Source: Parcubacteria group bacterium (GTDB taxonomy: Bacteria > Patescibacteriota > Minisyncoccia > Phycocordibacterales > Zambryskibacteraceae). From it: a DNA stretch of 64,000 bases. The notes beneath the pieces are model-generated. The model was not told the DNA's origin. It did not search any database and saw only the letters and a list, made by a program, of their open reading frames with translations. The translations under genes and the position numbers were made by a program. The DNA lies in NCBI GenBank assembly GCA_028286565.1, contig JAQBRH010000004.1, positions 217,567-281,566 of the forward strand. The letters are read 5' to 3'. Positions 1-8,878 of the stretch are shown here, piece after piece; position 1 is the stretch's first letter, and each line of letters starts with the position of its first letter.

Positions 1-1803
1 GATCTTTTTAACCATCGGAGTGTTGTCGTTGTTTCCTACCCAGGCCCCAATGACGAGATTTGGCGTATATCCCATGATCCACGCGTCCTTTGAGTTGTTC
101 GTGGTACCGGTCTTTACCGCTACCTGCCGATCGGGGATGTTGAGGGGGCTTGAGAGTCCGTATTCGGCGCTGCGCGCGTTATTGTCCGAGAGAATGTCAG
201 ATATCTTGCGGGCGCTGTCGGATGGCAATACTTGAACCGGAGCGGGAGTGAATTCCTCGATCACCCTGCCGCTGCCGTCTTGGATCTTCATGATCGGATT
301 ATAAGGATTCCGTACACCATCGTTCGCAAAGACCGAGTACGCGCTCGTCAGATCGAGGGGGGACACTTCTCCGCCTCCCAGGACCAGGGTGAGTCCGTAT
401 TGTGCCGGATCACCGAGATCTTCGATCCCCATCGCCTTCGCGAGATCGAGAGAGTCCTGGATGCCGTTCAGATACAACCCCTTCACCGCGGGCACGTTGA
501 TGGAGAGTGCGAGCGCTTCCCTGATCCTCATCGGCCCACGGAACTTGCTATCGAAGTTTCCCGGCGAATAGCAGCCGTTGTCCGAAGTGAAATTATCCTG
601 GGCGCAGTTCACGGAAAATTGGGTCGGTACGTCAAAGAGGATGGTGTCCGGGGTGTATCCCTTGTTGAACATGCCGGCATAGACGAACGGCTTGAAGGTC
701 GACCCCGGCTGGCGGTGGGCGGTAGCCACATTGAAGTTGCCGTTGATCGTATCGTCAAAATAATCCCGCGAGCCGGTCATGGCGAGAATGCCGCCGGTCT
801 TCGGATCGATCACCACGAACGCGTTATTGTCCGCATTAAAGTTTTTCTGGTTCGTAGCTCCATATTTCTTGGCGATCGCTTCGGCTTTGGCTTGGATATC
901 ATAATCGAGAGTGGTGATGATCTTCATTCCGCCTTGGGAGAACGTTTCTTCTCCATATTTCTTGGCCAGATAATCCATGACGAAGAAGACGAAGTGGGGC
1001 GCTCGGAGGCCGCCGTTGTTCGCCTTCGGGCTGAAGGTGATCTTTTCTAACATGGCCGCATCGAATTCGGCTTGAGTAATGAAATTATTCTGGAGCATCT
1101 CGCGGAGAACGAGGTTCTTCCTCTCCTCGAGCTTATCTTTATGAAGTCCGTACGGAGAGTAATAGGTCGGAGCTTTGGTCATGGCCGCAAGGTAGGCCGC
1201 TTCGCTCACCGTAACGTTCTTCGATTCTTTGCCAAAATATGAAAGCGACGCTTCCTCAACGCCGTAGATCGCTCCGCCGTACGGGCTTTCGTTCAGATAG
1301 AGGTTCAAGATCTCGTCCTTCGGGAGAGCCTTGTCGAGCTTCTCGGCGAGGATCCACTCCTTGATCTTTCGAGTGGGGGTCTTGTCGCCGTTCAAGATCA
1401 CGTTCTTCACCACCTGCTGGGTGATGGTCGAGCCTCCCTGGCTATACGAGAGTGTGGTGATGTTGACGAGAAGGGCGCGCAAAAACGACGACACCTTTAC
1501 TCCGCCGTGGCTATAGAAATCCTTGTCCTCGATGGCCAGGGTAGCCTTTTTGATATTCGGAGAAATACTTTCAAACGGCACCACCGTGCGCCTGACGTCG
1601 GAGGACATATCGTAGAGGAGGATCTGCCCGGTCCGGTCATAGATCTTGGTCGACTGGATAACCTTCCTATCGGCGAGGTCGGAGAGGTCGGGGATGCGCA
1701 AGGAAGCTACCCACAAAAAGATCATCCCCAAGAGGAAAAGAAGGCCTGAAAAGCCTATTAATACGCGGTTTCGCTTCCTATTGTCCTTGCGGCGCTCTTT
1801 CAT
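1..1803 (-). CDS. Class A penicillin-binding protein (bifunctional glycosyltransferase/transpeptidase); C-terminus lies beyond the window edge
   Basis: Reverse translation from ATG (RC of 1801-1803) gives an N-terminal TM anchor, GT51 motifs EDKDFYSHGG and GGSTITQQ, then transpeptidase motifs RQPGSTFKP (SxxK) and KTGTT. The frame stays open to position 1. It is absent from the ORF track because there is no stop in the window. Confidence 0.85.
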   Translation of the reverse strand, partial: MKERRKDNRKRNRVLIGFSGLLFLLGMIFLWVASLRIPDLSDLADRKVIQSTKIYDRTGQILLYDMSSDVRRTVVPFESISPNIKKATLAIEDKDFYSHGGVKVSSFLRALLVNITTLSYSQGGSTITQQVVKNVILNGDKTPTRKIKEWILAEKLDKALPKDEILNLYLNESPYGGAIYGVEEASLSYFGKESKNVTVSEAAYLAAMTKAPTYYSPYGLHKDKLEERKNLVLREMLQNNFITQAEFDAAMLEKITFSPKANNGGLRAPHFVFFVMDYLAKKYGEETFSQGGMKIITTLDYDIQAKAEAIAKKYGATNQKNFNADNNAFVVIDPKTGGILAMTGSRDYFDDTINGNFNVATAHRQPGSTFKPFVYAGMFNKGYTPDTILFDVPTQFSVNCAQDNFTSDNGCYSPGNFDSKFRGPMRIREALALSINVPAVKGLYLNGIQDSLDLAKAMGIEDLGDPAQYGLTLVLGGGEVSPLDLTSAYSVFANDGVRNPYNPIMKIQDGSGRVIEEFTPAPVQVLPSDSARKISDILSDNNARSAEYGLSSPLNIPDRQVAVKTGTTNNSKDAWIMGYTPNLVIGAWVGNNDNTPMVKKI

Positions 1804-1833
1804 AATGGCATTCTAGCATGCTACATTGTCTCT

Positions 1834-3012
1834 ATGAATGATACAGACGTAACAGATGTGCTTTCTCGCGCCGTGGCCGAAGTCATAGGCCAGAAAGAGA
1901 TAGAAGAAAAGCTTCGCTCCGGGGCTTCTTTGCGGGTCAAGCTCGGGATCGATCCGACGTCCCCCGACCTCCATATAGGGCGCGCGGTGACGCTTTTGAA
2001 GCTCCGGGATTTCCAAAAGCTCGGCCACACCGCTGTCCTCATCGTCGGAGACTTCACGGGCCTTATCGGAGACACTTCCGACAAGGATTCGGAGCGCCCG
2101 ATGCTTTCCGAAGAGACGATCGAAGAGAATAAAAGAACCTATTTCGATCAGATCGGGAAGATCATCGATCTCTCATCGGCCGAGCTTCACTACAACAGCT
2201 CATGGCTTGCTCCTCTGACGTATAAGGACATCGGCAAGCAGGCCGACCTTTTCTCCGTTGCCGATTTTATCGCTCGAGAGAATATCGAGAAGCGCATGGA
2301 TGCGGGAAAGAGAGTTTCGCTTCGGGAAGTGCTCTACCCGCTGATGCAAGGGTACGACAGCGTCGCGGTGAAGGCGGACATCGAACTCGGCGGCACCGAT
2401 CAGCGGTTCAATCTCCTTGCGGGCCGCACCATGCAGGCCGAATACGGCCAACATCCGCAAAACATCATCATGACCCCTCTCATCGAAGGGCTCGACGGGC
2501 GCAAGATGAGCTCGAGCTGGGGGAATACGATCAATTTGAACGCTACTCCGGACGACATGTACGGCAAGATCATGAGTCTCGTCGATTCGGAGATCGTCCG
2601 CTACCTCGAACTTTGTACGCGAGTGCCGATGAAAGAGGTCAAGGAGATCTCCGAAGATCTCGAGAGCGAGAAGCTTCACCCGAAAGACGCCAAGATGCGC
2701 CTGGCTCGCGAGATCGTCGCTTTGTATCACAACAGCGAAGCCGCACAAGCGGCCGAAAATAATTTCATCGAAACTTTTTCAAATAAAGGAGTTCCTTCGG
2801 ATATTCCAAATATACAAGCAGATGAGAACGCCAAGCTCATAGATACACTCCTCGCGGCCGGGATCATTGAGTCCAAAACCGAAGGGCGAAGACTCATCGA
2901 AGAAGAAGCCGTCACCAACACCGAAAGTGGAGAAGTCGTTTCTACCCCCGACGCCCCCTCGCTACCGGGCACATATAAGATCGGCAAGCGCAGATTCTTA
3001 AAAATAGTCTAA
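1834..3012 (+). CDS. tyrS: Tyrosyl-tRNA synthetase
   Basis: Class I HIGH motif (PTSPDLHIGRA), LMQGYD...ELGGTDQ, KMSSS (KMSKS-like), and a C-terminal S4-like domain (SKTEGRRLIEEEAV). 392 aa. Confidence 0.9.
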   Translation: MNDTDVTDVLSRAVAEVIGQKEIEEKLRSGASLRVKLGIDPTSPDLHIGRAVTLLKLRDFQKLGHTAVLIVGDFTGLIGDTSDKDSERPMLSEETIEENKRTYFDQIGKIIDLSSAELHYNSSWLAPLTYKDIGKQADLFSVADFIARENIEKRMDAGKRVSLREVLYPLMQGYDSVAVKADIELGGTDQRFNLLAGRTMQAEYGQHPQNIIMTPLIEGLDGRKMSSSWGNTINLNATPDDMYGKIMSLVDSEIVRYLELCTRVPMKEVKEISEDLESEKLHPKDAKMRLAREIVALYHNSEAAQAAENNFIETFSNKGVPSDIPNIQADENAKLIDTLLAAGIIESKTEGRRLIEEEAVTNTESGEVVSTPDAPSLPGTYKIGKRRFLKIV

Positions 3013-3014
3013 AG

Positions 3015-3041
3015 AAAAAGCCCCATCAGTGGGGCTTTTTC
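3015..3041. terminator. Rho-independent terminator, bidirectional (A-run/hairpin/T-run)
   Basis: AAAAAGCCCCATCAGTGGGGCTTTTT lies between convergent tyrS and the minus-strand acidic ORF. Confidence 0.7.
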
Positions 3042-3248
3042 TTATTCGTATTCGGCGAGTTCTTCGTCGATGTCGAGGCCTTCCTCTTCATCGTCGACGT
3101 CAACAACATCGTCATCATCATCTCCGTCGTCCGAAACTTTCTTTCGCGCTACGGGAGCGAGCTCTTCTTCTCCGAGCTTGTCCGCGCTAAGGTGGCCTTC
3201 ATCGAGGTCTCCTTCGGCGAACAATTCGTCTTTTCTTTCGTCGTCCAT
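3042..3248 (-). CDS. Small highly acidic hypothetical protein (~68 aa if it starts at the internal Met)
   Basis: The ORF ends in a D/E-rich tail (DDGDDDDDVVDVDDEEEGLDIDEELAEYE). The longer ORF-track start (3311) would overlap ruvC. No homology recognised. Confidence 0.35.
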   Translation of the reverse strand: MDDERKDELFAEGDLDEGHLSADKLGEEELAPVARKKVSDDGDDDDDVVDVDDEEEGLDIDEELAEYE

Positions 3249-3288
3249 CGTGAATTTATTGTGATATGAGTAAACGTGTATATTTGTA

Positions 3289-3792
3289 TCAAATGCCTTT
3301 GTATGTGGCAAGGTGAGTTATACCCACCGCCACCGCATCGATCTCGTCATCATGCTTCGGTTTGTGGTCCAGAGCCACTAATCGGAGGACCATGCGCTCA
3401 AGATCTCCCTTACTCGCCTTGCCGTAGCCCGTCACCGCAGCTTTGATTTCCTGGGGAGTATACTCGAAAACGTCGAGGTTTGCTCGCGCCGCCTCGTAGA
3501 GGATCACTCCGCGGGCTTCGGCTACTCGGATGCCGGTGGTGACGTTCTGGCTGAAAAAAAGCTTTTCCATGGCGAGGGTCGAGGGCGCATGTTCCTTGAT
3601 CACTCGCAAGAGCTCCTCGCCGATCTGCCTCAGGCGCTGTTCCTGCGGAGCTTTGCGGTCGGTGACGATGCAGTCCGAATATAATACTTTTTCTTTTGAG
3701 TTCTCTTTTTGAAGCACGGCGATGCCGACGCGGTCGAACCCCGGATCGATCGCGAGGACCCTGCCTCGCGAAGCCGAAATCTTATTCGGCAT
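3289..3792 (-). CDS. ruvC: Holliday junction resolvase RuvC
   Basis: RVLAIDPGFDRVGIAVL (RNase H-like fold, catalytic Asp) and DEIDAVAVGITH at the C-terminus. I chose the start at the Met (3792) that avoids overlapping the yebC stop at 3782. Confidence 0.85.
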   Translation of the reverse strand: MPNKISASRGRVLAIDPGFDRVGIAVLQKENSKEKVLYSDCIVTDRKAPQEQRLRQIGEELLRVIKEHAPSTLAMEKLFFSQNVTTGIRVAEARGVILYEAARANLDVFEYTPQEIKAAVTGYGKASKGDLERMVLRLVALDHKPKHDDEIDAVAVGITHLATYKGI

Positions 3793-4312
3793 TCGTGTAG
3801 ACGCCTTGGACCTCGTCATTTTCTTCAAGATCATTTATAAGCTTTTCCAAAGCAGCCTCATCTTCGGGAGAAAGGGGAACCGTCATCTTTGGCGTCCACT
3901 CGTGGTTCACCTTTTCGAATGCCCAGGCGGCCGAACCTTGAGCGGCGAGGGAACAGCCGTTCTCCGACAAAATAAATTTTACTTCTTGGGCGGCCTTGTT
4001 CCTGTTCGTGGTCAGGGCGTCGATCATGAGAGCAGATCCGCCGGGGCCATAGGCTTCGTAGGTGATGGCCTCAAAGCTCTCCGCGTCTCCGCCCGTGCCT
4101 TTCTTCACCGCGCGGTCGATGTTGTCCGAGGGCATGTTGAATTCGCGGGCTTTCTCTATGGCTGCGCGGAGTGTCGGAGACGAGGTGTCTCCCTTAGCTT
4201 CCTTGGAGGCGGTGGCGATCAGCTTTGCGAACTTGCCGAACATCTTCGACTTCGCCGCATCGGTCGCGCCCTTCTGCCTTTTGATCTTTGACCATTTGTT
4301 ATGTCCGGACAT
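3782..4312 (-). CDS. yebC: YebC/PmpR-family probable transcriptional regulator (short form)
   Basis: N-terminus MSGHNKWSKIKRQKGATDAAK is the hallmark of YebC/DUF28. It sits between ruvC and ruvB, as in many bacteria. Confidence 0.8.
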   Translation of the reverse strand: MSGHNKWSKIKRQKGATDAAKSKMFGKFAKLIATASKEAKGDTSSPTLRAAIEKAREFNMPSDNIDRAVKKGTGGDAESFEAITYEAYGPGGSALMIDALTTNRNKAAQEVKFILSENGCSLAAQGSAAWAFEKVNHEWTPKMTVPLSPEDEAALEKLINDLEENDEVQGVYTNAE

Positions 4313-4332
4313 GCCCTTAGCTTATAACCTAT

Positions 4333-4424
4333 GCTCAGGACAGTCTAGGTTGGTTGACTCAGGCTAGAAATCCTGATTTACTCAGTCCAGAAGTCCTAAC
4401 GTCAATCACCATCCTACGTAGGAG
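4333..4424 (+). promoter_or_regulatory. Repeat-containing upstream region: imperfect ~20-bp tandem direct repeats (ACTCAGGCTAGAAATCCTGA / ACTCAGTCCAGAAGTCCTAA, with a partial third copy) followed by a 10-bp perfect palindrome CCTACGTAGG, then GGAG 7 nt before the ATG
   Basis: Seen directly at 4333-4349, 4358-4377, 4379-4398 (repeats) and 4412-4421 (palindrome). TTGACT is at 4354-4359. Confidence 0.4.
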
Positions 4425-4430
4425 CGGGAC

Positions 4431-4649
4431 ATGTCGCTATTTGAATTTTTACTACGTAATGCTGAGATTCCTGAGGCTACAGGAAAAGAATGTAATTGCG
4501 GCGGCCGCATCATGAAGCATATTGAGCGAACGCCAGCAGGCCCAGCCGAGCCCGACTGGCGTGGTTTGTTCGGGACCAGACGCAGGCCGCCGGATACTGT
4601 CCGGTGGAAATATGAGTGCGAAAAGTGCAAAACAGAATTTTCTAAATAA
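4431..4649 (+). CDS. Small zinc-ribbon protein (CxC...CxxC), hypothetical
   Basis: 72 aa with CNCGG...CEKCK cysteine pairs. It has its own SD and a strong downstream terminator. It is on the opposite strand, embedded in the ruvC-yebC-ruvB cluster. Confidence 0.5.
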   Translation: MSLFEFLLRNAEIPEATGKECNCGGRIMKHIERTPAGPAEPDWRGLFGTRRRPPDTVRWKYECEKCKTEFSK

Positions 4650-4655
4650 GTATCT

Positions 4656-4682
4656 CCAGTCCTACAAGGACTGGCTTTTTAT
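4656..4682 (+). terminator. Rho-independent terminator
   Basis: CCAGTCCTACAAGGACTGG followed by CTTTTTAT; it overlaps the ruvB stop codon. Confidence 0.65.
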
Positions 4683-5701
4683 AAAAGTTTTTCCTGTAGA
4701 TTTTTAGGAACCGGTAATCCGAGGTGCTCATAAGCCTTTTGGGTCAGGCAGCGGCCGCGGGGAGTGCGTTCGATGAACCCCATTTGGATCAAATACGGCT
4801 CGTTGAATTCTTCGATCGTTCCTTCTTCCTCCGAGAGCGCCGCAGCGATGGTGCCGAGCCCGACCGGACCGCCTCCGAATTTCTTGGCGATCGTTTCAAG
4901 AAGCGTGCGATCGGAAGGGGTGAGTCCGACCTCGTCGACTCCGAGGAGCTTCAGGGCTTCTTCGACCGTATCCTTATCGAGGTTCCGCTTGTGCACCTGG
5001 GCATAGTCGCGGGCGCGCTTCAAAAAGTAGTTGGCGGTGCGGGGGGTGAAGCGCGAGCGCTTGGATATTTCTTTCTCGGCCGAGCCGTCGGAGGTGACGC
5101 CAAGGATCTTTGCCGAGCGTTTGATGATCCTCTCGATCTCTCCGTGCGTATAGAACTCGAGTCTGAAAAGTCCGCCGGAAAAGCGAGAGCGAAGAGGGGA
5201 GGAGACCATCGAGAGGCGAGTGGTCGCCGCAAGGAGAGTGAACGGAGGCAGTTCGAGCTGGATCGTCCTCGCGCTCGGGCCTTTGCCGATGATGATGTCG
5301 AGGACGCCGGACTCCATGGCCGGGTAGAGGACTTCCTCGATCGACTTGTTCAATCGGTGGATCTCGTCGACGAAGAGGATGTCGCCCGGCGCGAGGTTTG
5401 TGAGGATCGAAGCGAGGTCGCCGACCTTCTCGATGGCCGGGCCGGAAGTGATCTTCATCGAGCGCCCCGTCTCCTTGGCGATCAGGTGGGCGAGAGTGGT
5501 CTTGCCAAGGCCGGGCGGGCCATAAAAGAGGATGTGCTCGGGCGGAGTACTGCGCTCCGAGGCGGCGCGAAGAAGGATGCGGAGGTTTTCTTTGATGGTC
5601 TCCTGGCCGACGTAGTCTTCCCAGCGCGAAGGACGGAGCTCTTCTCCGACAAGAAGGACTTCGTCTGGTTCTGTATGCGGATCTTTCTCCTTACTTGACA
5701 T
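4679..5701 (-). CDS. ruvB: Holliday junction branch-migration ATPase RuvB
   Basis: Walker A GPPGLGKTTLA, Walker B ILFVDEIHRL, sensor and winged-helix C-terminus. 340 aa. Confidence 0.92.
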   Translation of the reverse strand: MSSKEKDPHTEPDEVLLVGEELRPSRWEDYVGQETIKENLRILLRAASERSTPPEHILFYGPPGLGKTTLAHLIAKETGRSMKITSGPAIEKVGDLASILTNLAPGDILFVDEIHRLNKSIEEVLYPAMESGVLDIIIGKGPSARTIQLELPPFTLLAATTRLSMVSSPLRSRFSGGLFRLEFYTHGEIERIIKRSAKILGVTSDGSAEKEISKRSRFTPRTANYFLKRARDYAQVHKRNLDKDTVEEALKLLGVDEVGLTPSDRTLLETIAKKFGGGPVGLGTIAAALSEEEGTIEEFNEPYLIQMGFIERTPRGRCLTQKAYEHLGLPVPKNLQEKLL

Positions 5702-5967
5702 AAAAAGTAATGTATGCTAGGATACTGGCAGTGATAGGAACTACCCGGTCTCGGGTCATTTTTATCCAAAACGTTCTCCAAATCATAAATCTCTAAGCAA
5801 CAACCGCCTTCACAGGCACTTCGAGCGATTCTTTGAGGACGTTTTGGTTCGCGCTTGCGCGTGCTGACTCCATCCTAAAAAGTTTCGTTTAACTTTTAGC
5901 TTCCGGGTTAAAAGTGTTGCTTGGAGATTTATGCCTTGGAGGCACTTGTCTCCACCTCATTATCCAT

Positions 5968-5998
5968 GAAAAAAGAGCCCTCACAAGGGTTCTTTTTT
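5968..5998. terminator. Bidirectional rho-independent terminator (serves minus-strand pilB)
   Basis: AAAAAAGAGCCCTCACAAGGGTTCTTTTTT. Confidence 0.6.
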
Positions 5999-6038
5999 AT
6001 GCAACAGCAGTTTGTACAAGTTTCAAACTCGTGTCTTA

Positions 6039-7718
6039 TTACACGCTTGAAAGGTCGAGGACTCGGGCGAGTTCGGGGAGGGAGGTTTCGCCCTTGAGGA
6101 CCTTCAAAATGCCATCCTCTGCGAGGTTTAAGAGGTGTTGAGGCTTGGCTGCGGATTCGATATCCCGCTCGGAAGGGTTGTCTATGACCGCCTTTTCGAT
6201 GTTTGCATCAACAAGGACCGCTTCATACACCCCGATGCGTCCTTTGAATCCGAGATTGTGGCATGCCTCGCAGCCTACCGGCTCAAACGACTTTTCTCTT
6301 TGAATGCCTTCGAGATACGTCGGATCGGTGATGCCCGCGAGCGCCCGGTCGACGATCTCTTTCTGCTTGCCTTCGAGCAGGACCTCCTTTTTGCACGTGT
6401 CACAAAGTTTTCGCACCAAGCGCTGGGCGATAGCGACGTTGAGGGCGCTTGAGATGATCTTCGGATTCACTCCGAGGTCGATGAGTCGGGGGAAGGAACC
6501 CGCGGCGGTGTTCGTGTGGAGGGTCGAGAGCACGAGGTGTCCGGTCAGAGCGGCGTTCACCGCCACTTCGGCCGTTTCGTTGTCTCGAATTTCTCCGACC
6601 ATGATCACATCAGGATCTTGTCGGAGAGCGGAGCGGAGTCCTTCGGCGAAGGTGTAGTCTCCCTCGGAGTCGGTCTGGGTCTGGACAATGCCGTCGAGGT
6701 GGTACTCGATCGGGTTTTCGATGGTGATCACCTTGATGTCCGGCGTGTAAATTTTACGAAGGAAGGCGTAGAGGGTCGTTGTCTTTCCTGAACCCGTCGG
6801 ACCGGTGGTGAGGATCATGCCGTTCGGCTTAACCACTTCTTTCATCAGGACCTCAAGGAGGCGCGGGTGGATCCCCAGCTCTTCAAGAGGGACGGAGATC
6901 GCTTCCGGCGTGAGAACTCGAAGGACCACGGACTCATCGTTCGGTCCGGGGAGGAGGGAGGTTCGGACCTCGATCTCTTCGTCGCCGAGCTTGATCGAGA
7001 ATCGTCCGTCTTGAGCTTTACCCTTGGTGTTCAATTTCAAATTGGAGACAAGCTTGATGCGCGAGAGGAGGAGTTCGAAGGTTTCCTTGTCGAAGTGGAG
7101 GATATCGGTCAAGACGCCGTCCAGACGAAAACGCAGTCGGACATTGTCTTCCTCGGGTTCGAGATGGATATCCGAAGCCTTGAGGGCGACGCCTCCGGCG
7201 AGGATGATCTCGAGGATCTTTGAGATGCGATACGCCTTTTTCATGGAGAGCACTTCGGTGATGAGCTTTTCGATATCCGCGAGAGTGGTCACTTTTTTCA
7301 TGACATCGAGGATTTCTTGGTTCGAGATGTCGAGGGCGCCCGCATTCGTCTCGAACGAATAAGAGAGGTCCTTGTATCGGTCCCAGACCTTTTGGAGCGA
7401 AGCGTGGGAGACCATGTAGAGGGTGGGGACATATCCTCGGCCCTCGAGTTCGGCCATGGCGGCGGCGGTCTTGTCGCTCGACGGAGAGAGGGCGGCGACG
7501 TCCAACTTCTTGTCCGTGATATTGAAGACCGCGATCTCGTTCGATCGCGCATCTTCTTCTTTGATCACGCGGAGAGCGTCGATGTTTATCGGATGAGCGG
7601 AGAGGTCGAGGTAGGGGACGCCGTGCCTTGAGGACATCATCGAGGCGAGGCTTTCCTCTTCCTGGCGCTTGAGCATTTCTGTTCGCTCGTCGGATTTTGT
7701 TTCGTCGAATTCAACCAT
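6039..7718 (-). CDS. pilB: Type IV pilus assembly / type II secretion ATPase (PilB/GspE family)
   Basis: N-terminal GSPII_E_N-like region, Walker A GPTGSGKTTT, Asp box and His box, and a CxxC...CxxC tetracysteine motif (CDTCKK...CEAC). I set the start at MVEFDETK (7718) rather than the ORF-track 7820, whose first 34 aa look non-coding. Confidence 0.85.
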   Translation of the reverse strand: MVEFDETKSDERTEMLKRQEEESLASMMSSRHGVPYLDLSAHPINIDALRVIKEEDARSNEIAVFNITDKKLDVAALSPSSDKTAAAMAELEGRGYVPTLYMVSHASLQKVWDRYKDLSYSFETNAGALDISNQEILDVMKKVTTLADIEKLITEVLSMKKAYRISKILEIILAGGVALKASDIHLEPEEDNVRLRFRLDGVLTDILHFDKETFELLLSRIKLVSNLKLNTKGKAQDGRFSIKLGDEEIEVRTSLLPGPNDESVVLRVLTPEAISVPLEELGIHPRLLEVLMKEVVKPNGMILTTGPTGSGKTTTLYAFLRKIYTPDIKVITIENPIEYHLDGIVQTQTDSEGDYTFAEGLRSALRQDPDVIMVGEIRDNETAEVAVNAALTGHLVLSTLHTNTAAGSFPRLIDLGVNPKIISSALNVAIAQRLVRKLCDTCKKEVLLEGKQKEIVDRALAGITDPTYLEGIQREKSFEPVGCEACHNLGFKGRIGVYEAVLVDANIEKAVIDNPSERDIESAAKPQHLLNLAEDGILKVLKGETSLPELARVLDLSSV

Positions 7719-7774
7719 GGATATATTGTATCCTATTCGCGCCTCCAAGGCCCAGTAGAGGGCTATTTCAGCTA

Positions 7775-7803
7775 TTGACATTAGACAAGTTTGGGTGTAT
7801 AAT
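7775..7803 (+). promoter_or_regulatory. Perfect consensus sigma70-type promoter (TTGACA, 17-nt spacer, TATAAT)
   Basis: TTGACA at 7775-7780 and TATAAT at 7798-7803. AGGAGG follows at 7827-7832, then GTG at 7839. Confidence 0.6.
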
Positions 7804-7838
7804 ACTACCAGAACAATCAACCCACCAGGAGGTGGACC

Positions 7839-8348
7839 GTGCGGTACCTTCCCATGCTGTTCCTCGCGCTCGCGACTGCGTGCGCCTCGTCTCGGGTCAT
7901 CCCGATCGTCACTACCTTCAACTCATGCCCGAACACTCGCGTGGACGTGTATCACGCGAACGGGCAGCGGCTGGCAAGCCTCACGTACGGCGAGGGGCCG
8001 AAGGTCATCCAGCTCGACGACAACCCGCAGAACCAGCGGCTGAATGCCTTCGCCTTCGCGCTCAACGGGCACACACCTGTCGGTGCATGGTGGCAGACGT
8101 TCCGTGTGGACGTCTACCAGCCGAACTACTCCGGCTCATACGGCATCACCGCTCCCCAGCCGAGTTCGACCCCGAACGGCTACACGTGGACGTTCGGTTC
8201 GGAGAACGGGTCGTGCCGATCCGTCTCGGACGGAAGCAGCGGAGGCAACAGCGCCTGGGGTTCCGGAGGACCGGCGTGGAATGTCATCCCGCAGGCTCGC
8301 CCGGTTGTCCGTCCCGCTTGGGGGACTCCCGGTCCCGCTTGGGAGTAG
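7839..8348 (+). CDS. Small secreted hypothetical protein (signal peptide, GC-rich, C-terminal PAW repeats)
   Basis: GTG start with a perfect SD. Signal-like N-terminus MRYLPMLFLALATACASS. Triple G-PAW-x repeat at the C-terminus. Local GC is clearly higher than the flanks. Confidence 0.55.
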   Translation: MRYLPMLFLALATACASSRVIPIVTTFNSCPNTRVDVYHANGQRLASLTYGEGPKVIQLDDNPQNQRLNAFAFALNGHTPVGAWWQTFRVDVYQPNYSGSYGITAPQPSSTPNGYTWTFGSENGSCRSVSDGSSGGNSAWGSGGPAWNVIPQARPVVRPAWGTPGPAWE

Positions 8349-8366
8349 AGGCCCGTTCTCGGGCAA

Positions 8367-8397
8367 GGCAGAGCTTCGCGCTCTGCCTTTTTTCTTT
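8367..8397 (+). terminator. Rho-independent terminator
   Basis: GGCAGAGCTTCGCGCTCTGCC followed by TTTTTTCTTTG. Confidence 0.7.
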
Positions 8398-8440
8398 GTC
8401 TAATACGTCTACAAATTCGTAGTGATATAATGACACATAT

Positions 8441-8878
8441 ATGAAGTACGTATCCAAAAGCCTTGAAGACACAAAGAGTTTTGCCAAGACGTTCGTCGAA
8501 TCGCTTACAACGGAAGACGACGCGATCGTCGTCGCTCTCGAAGGCGACCTCGGCTCGGGGAAGACCACCTTTTCTCAGCTTGTCGGAGAGGCGCTCGGCG
8601 TCCGGGACGGGATCCAGAGCCCTACCTTTTTGATCGAGAAGATATACGAGTTGTTCGACAAGCCGTGGAAACACCTCGTTCATATCGACGCCTACCGGCT
8701 CGAGAAGCCCGAAGAGCTCCTTCACCTCGGCTGGCAGGAGATCATCTCGCGTCCGGACAATCTCGTTCTCGTCGAATGGGCGGACAAGGTACGTGATATC
8801 ATGCCGGATGACGCTCTGAGGATCTCCTTCACCTTTGTCGATGAGACCACCCGCGAGATAGATATTCATGAAAGTTAA
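8441..8878 (+). CDS. tsaE: tRNA threonylcarbamoyladenosine biosynthesis protein TsaE
   Basis: 145 aa with P-loop GDLGSGKTTF and typical YjeE length and layout. It is preceded by TGaTATAAT 10 nt upstream of the ATG. Confidence 0.8.
   Translation: MKYVSKSLEDTKSFAKTFVESLTTEDDAIVVALEGDLGSGKTTFSQLVGEALGVRDGIQSPTFLIEKIYELFDKPWKHLVHIDAYRLEKPEELLHLGWQEIISRPDNLVLVEWADKVRDIMPDDALRISFTFVDETTREIDIHES

Noticed and set aside
232-1050. 272-aa plus-strand ORF (and others at 20..235 and 389..571)
   Set aside because: Antisense to a clearly conserved class A PBP on the minus strand (GT51 and SxxK/KTG motifs); the plus-frame translations have no coding character.
5702-6038. Possible small RNA gene (6S/SRP/tmRNA) in the 330-bp ruvB-pilB intergenic region
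   Set aside because: I could not recognise any conserved ncRNA signature by eye; only the inverted repeat and the terminator are supportable.
6135-7631. Multiple plus-strand ORFs of 90-120 aa
   Set aside because: All antisense to the PilB/GspE ATPase gene.
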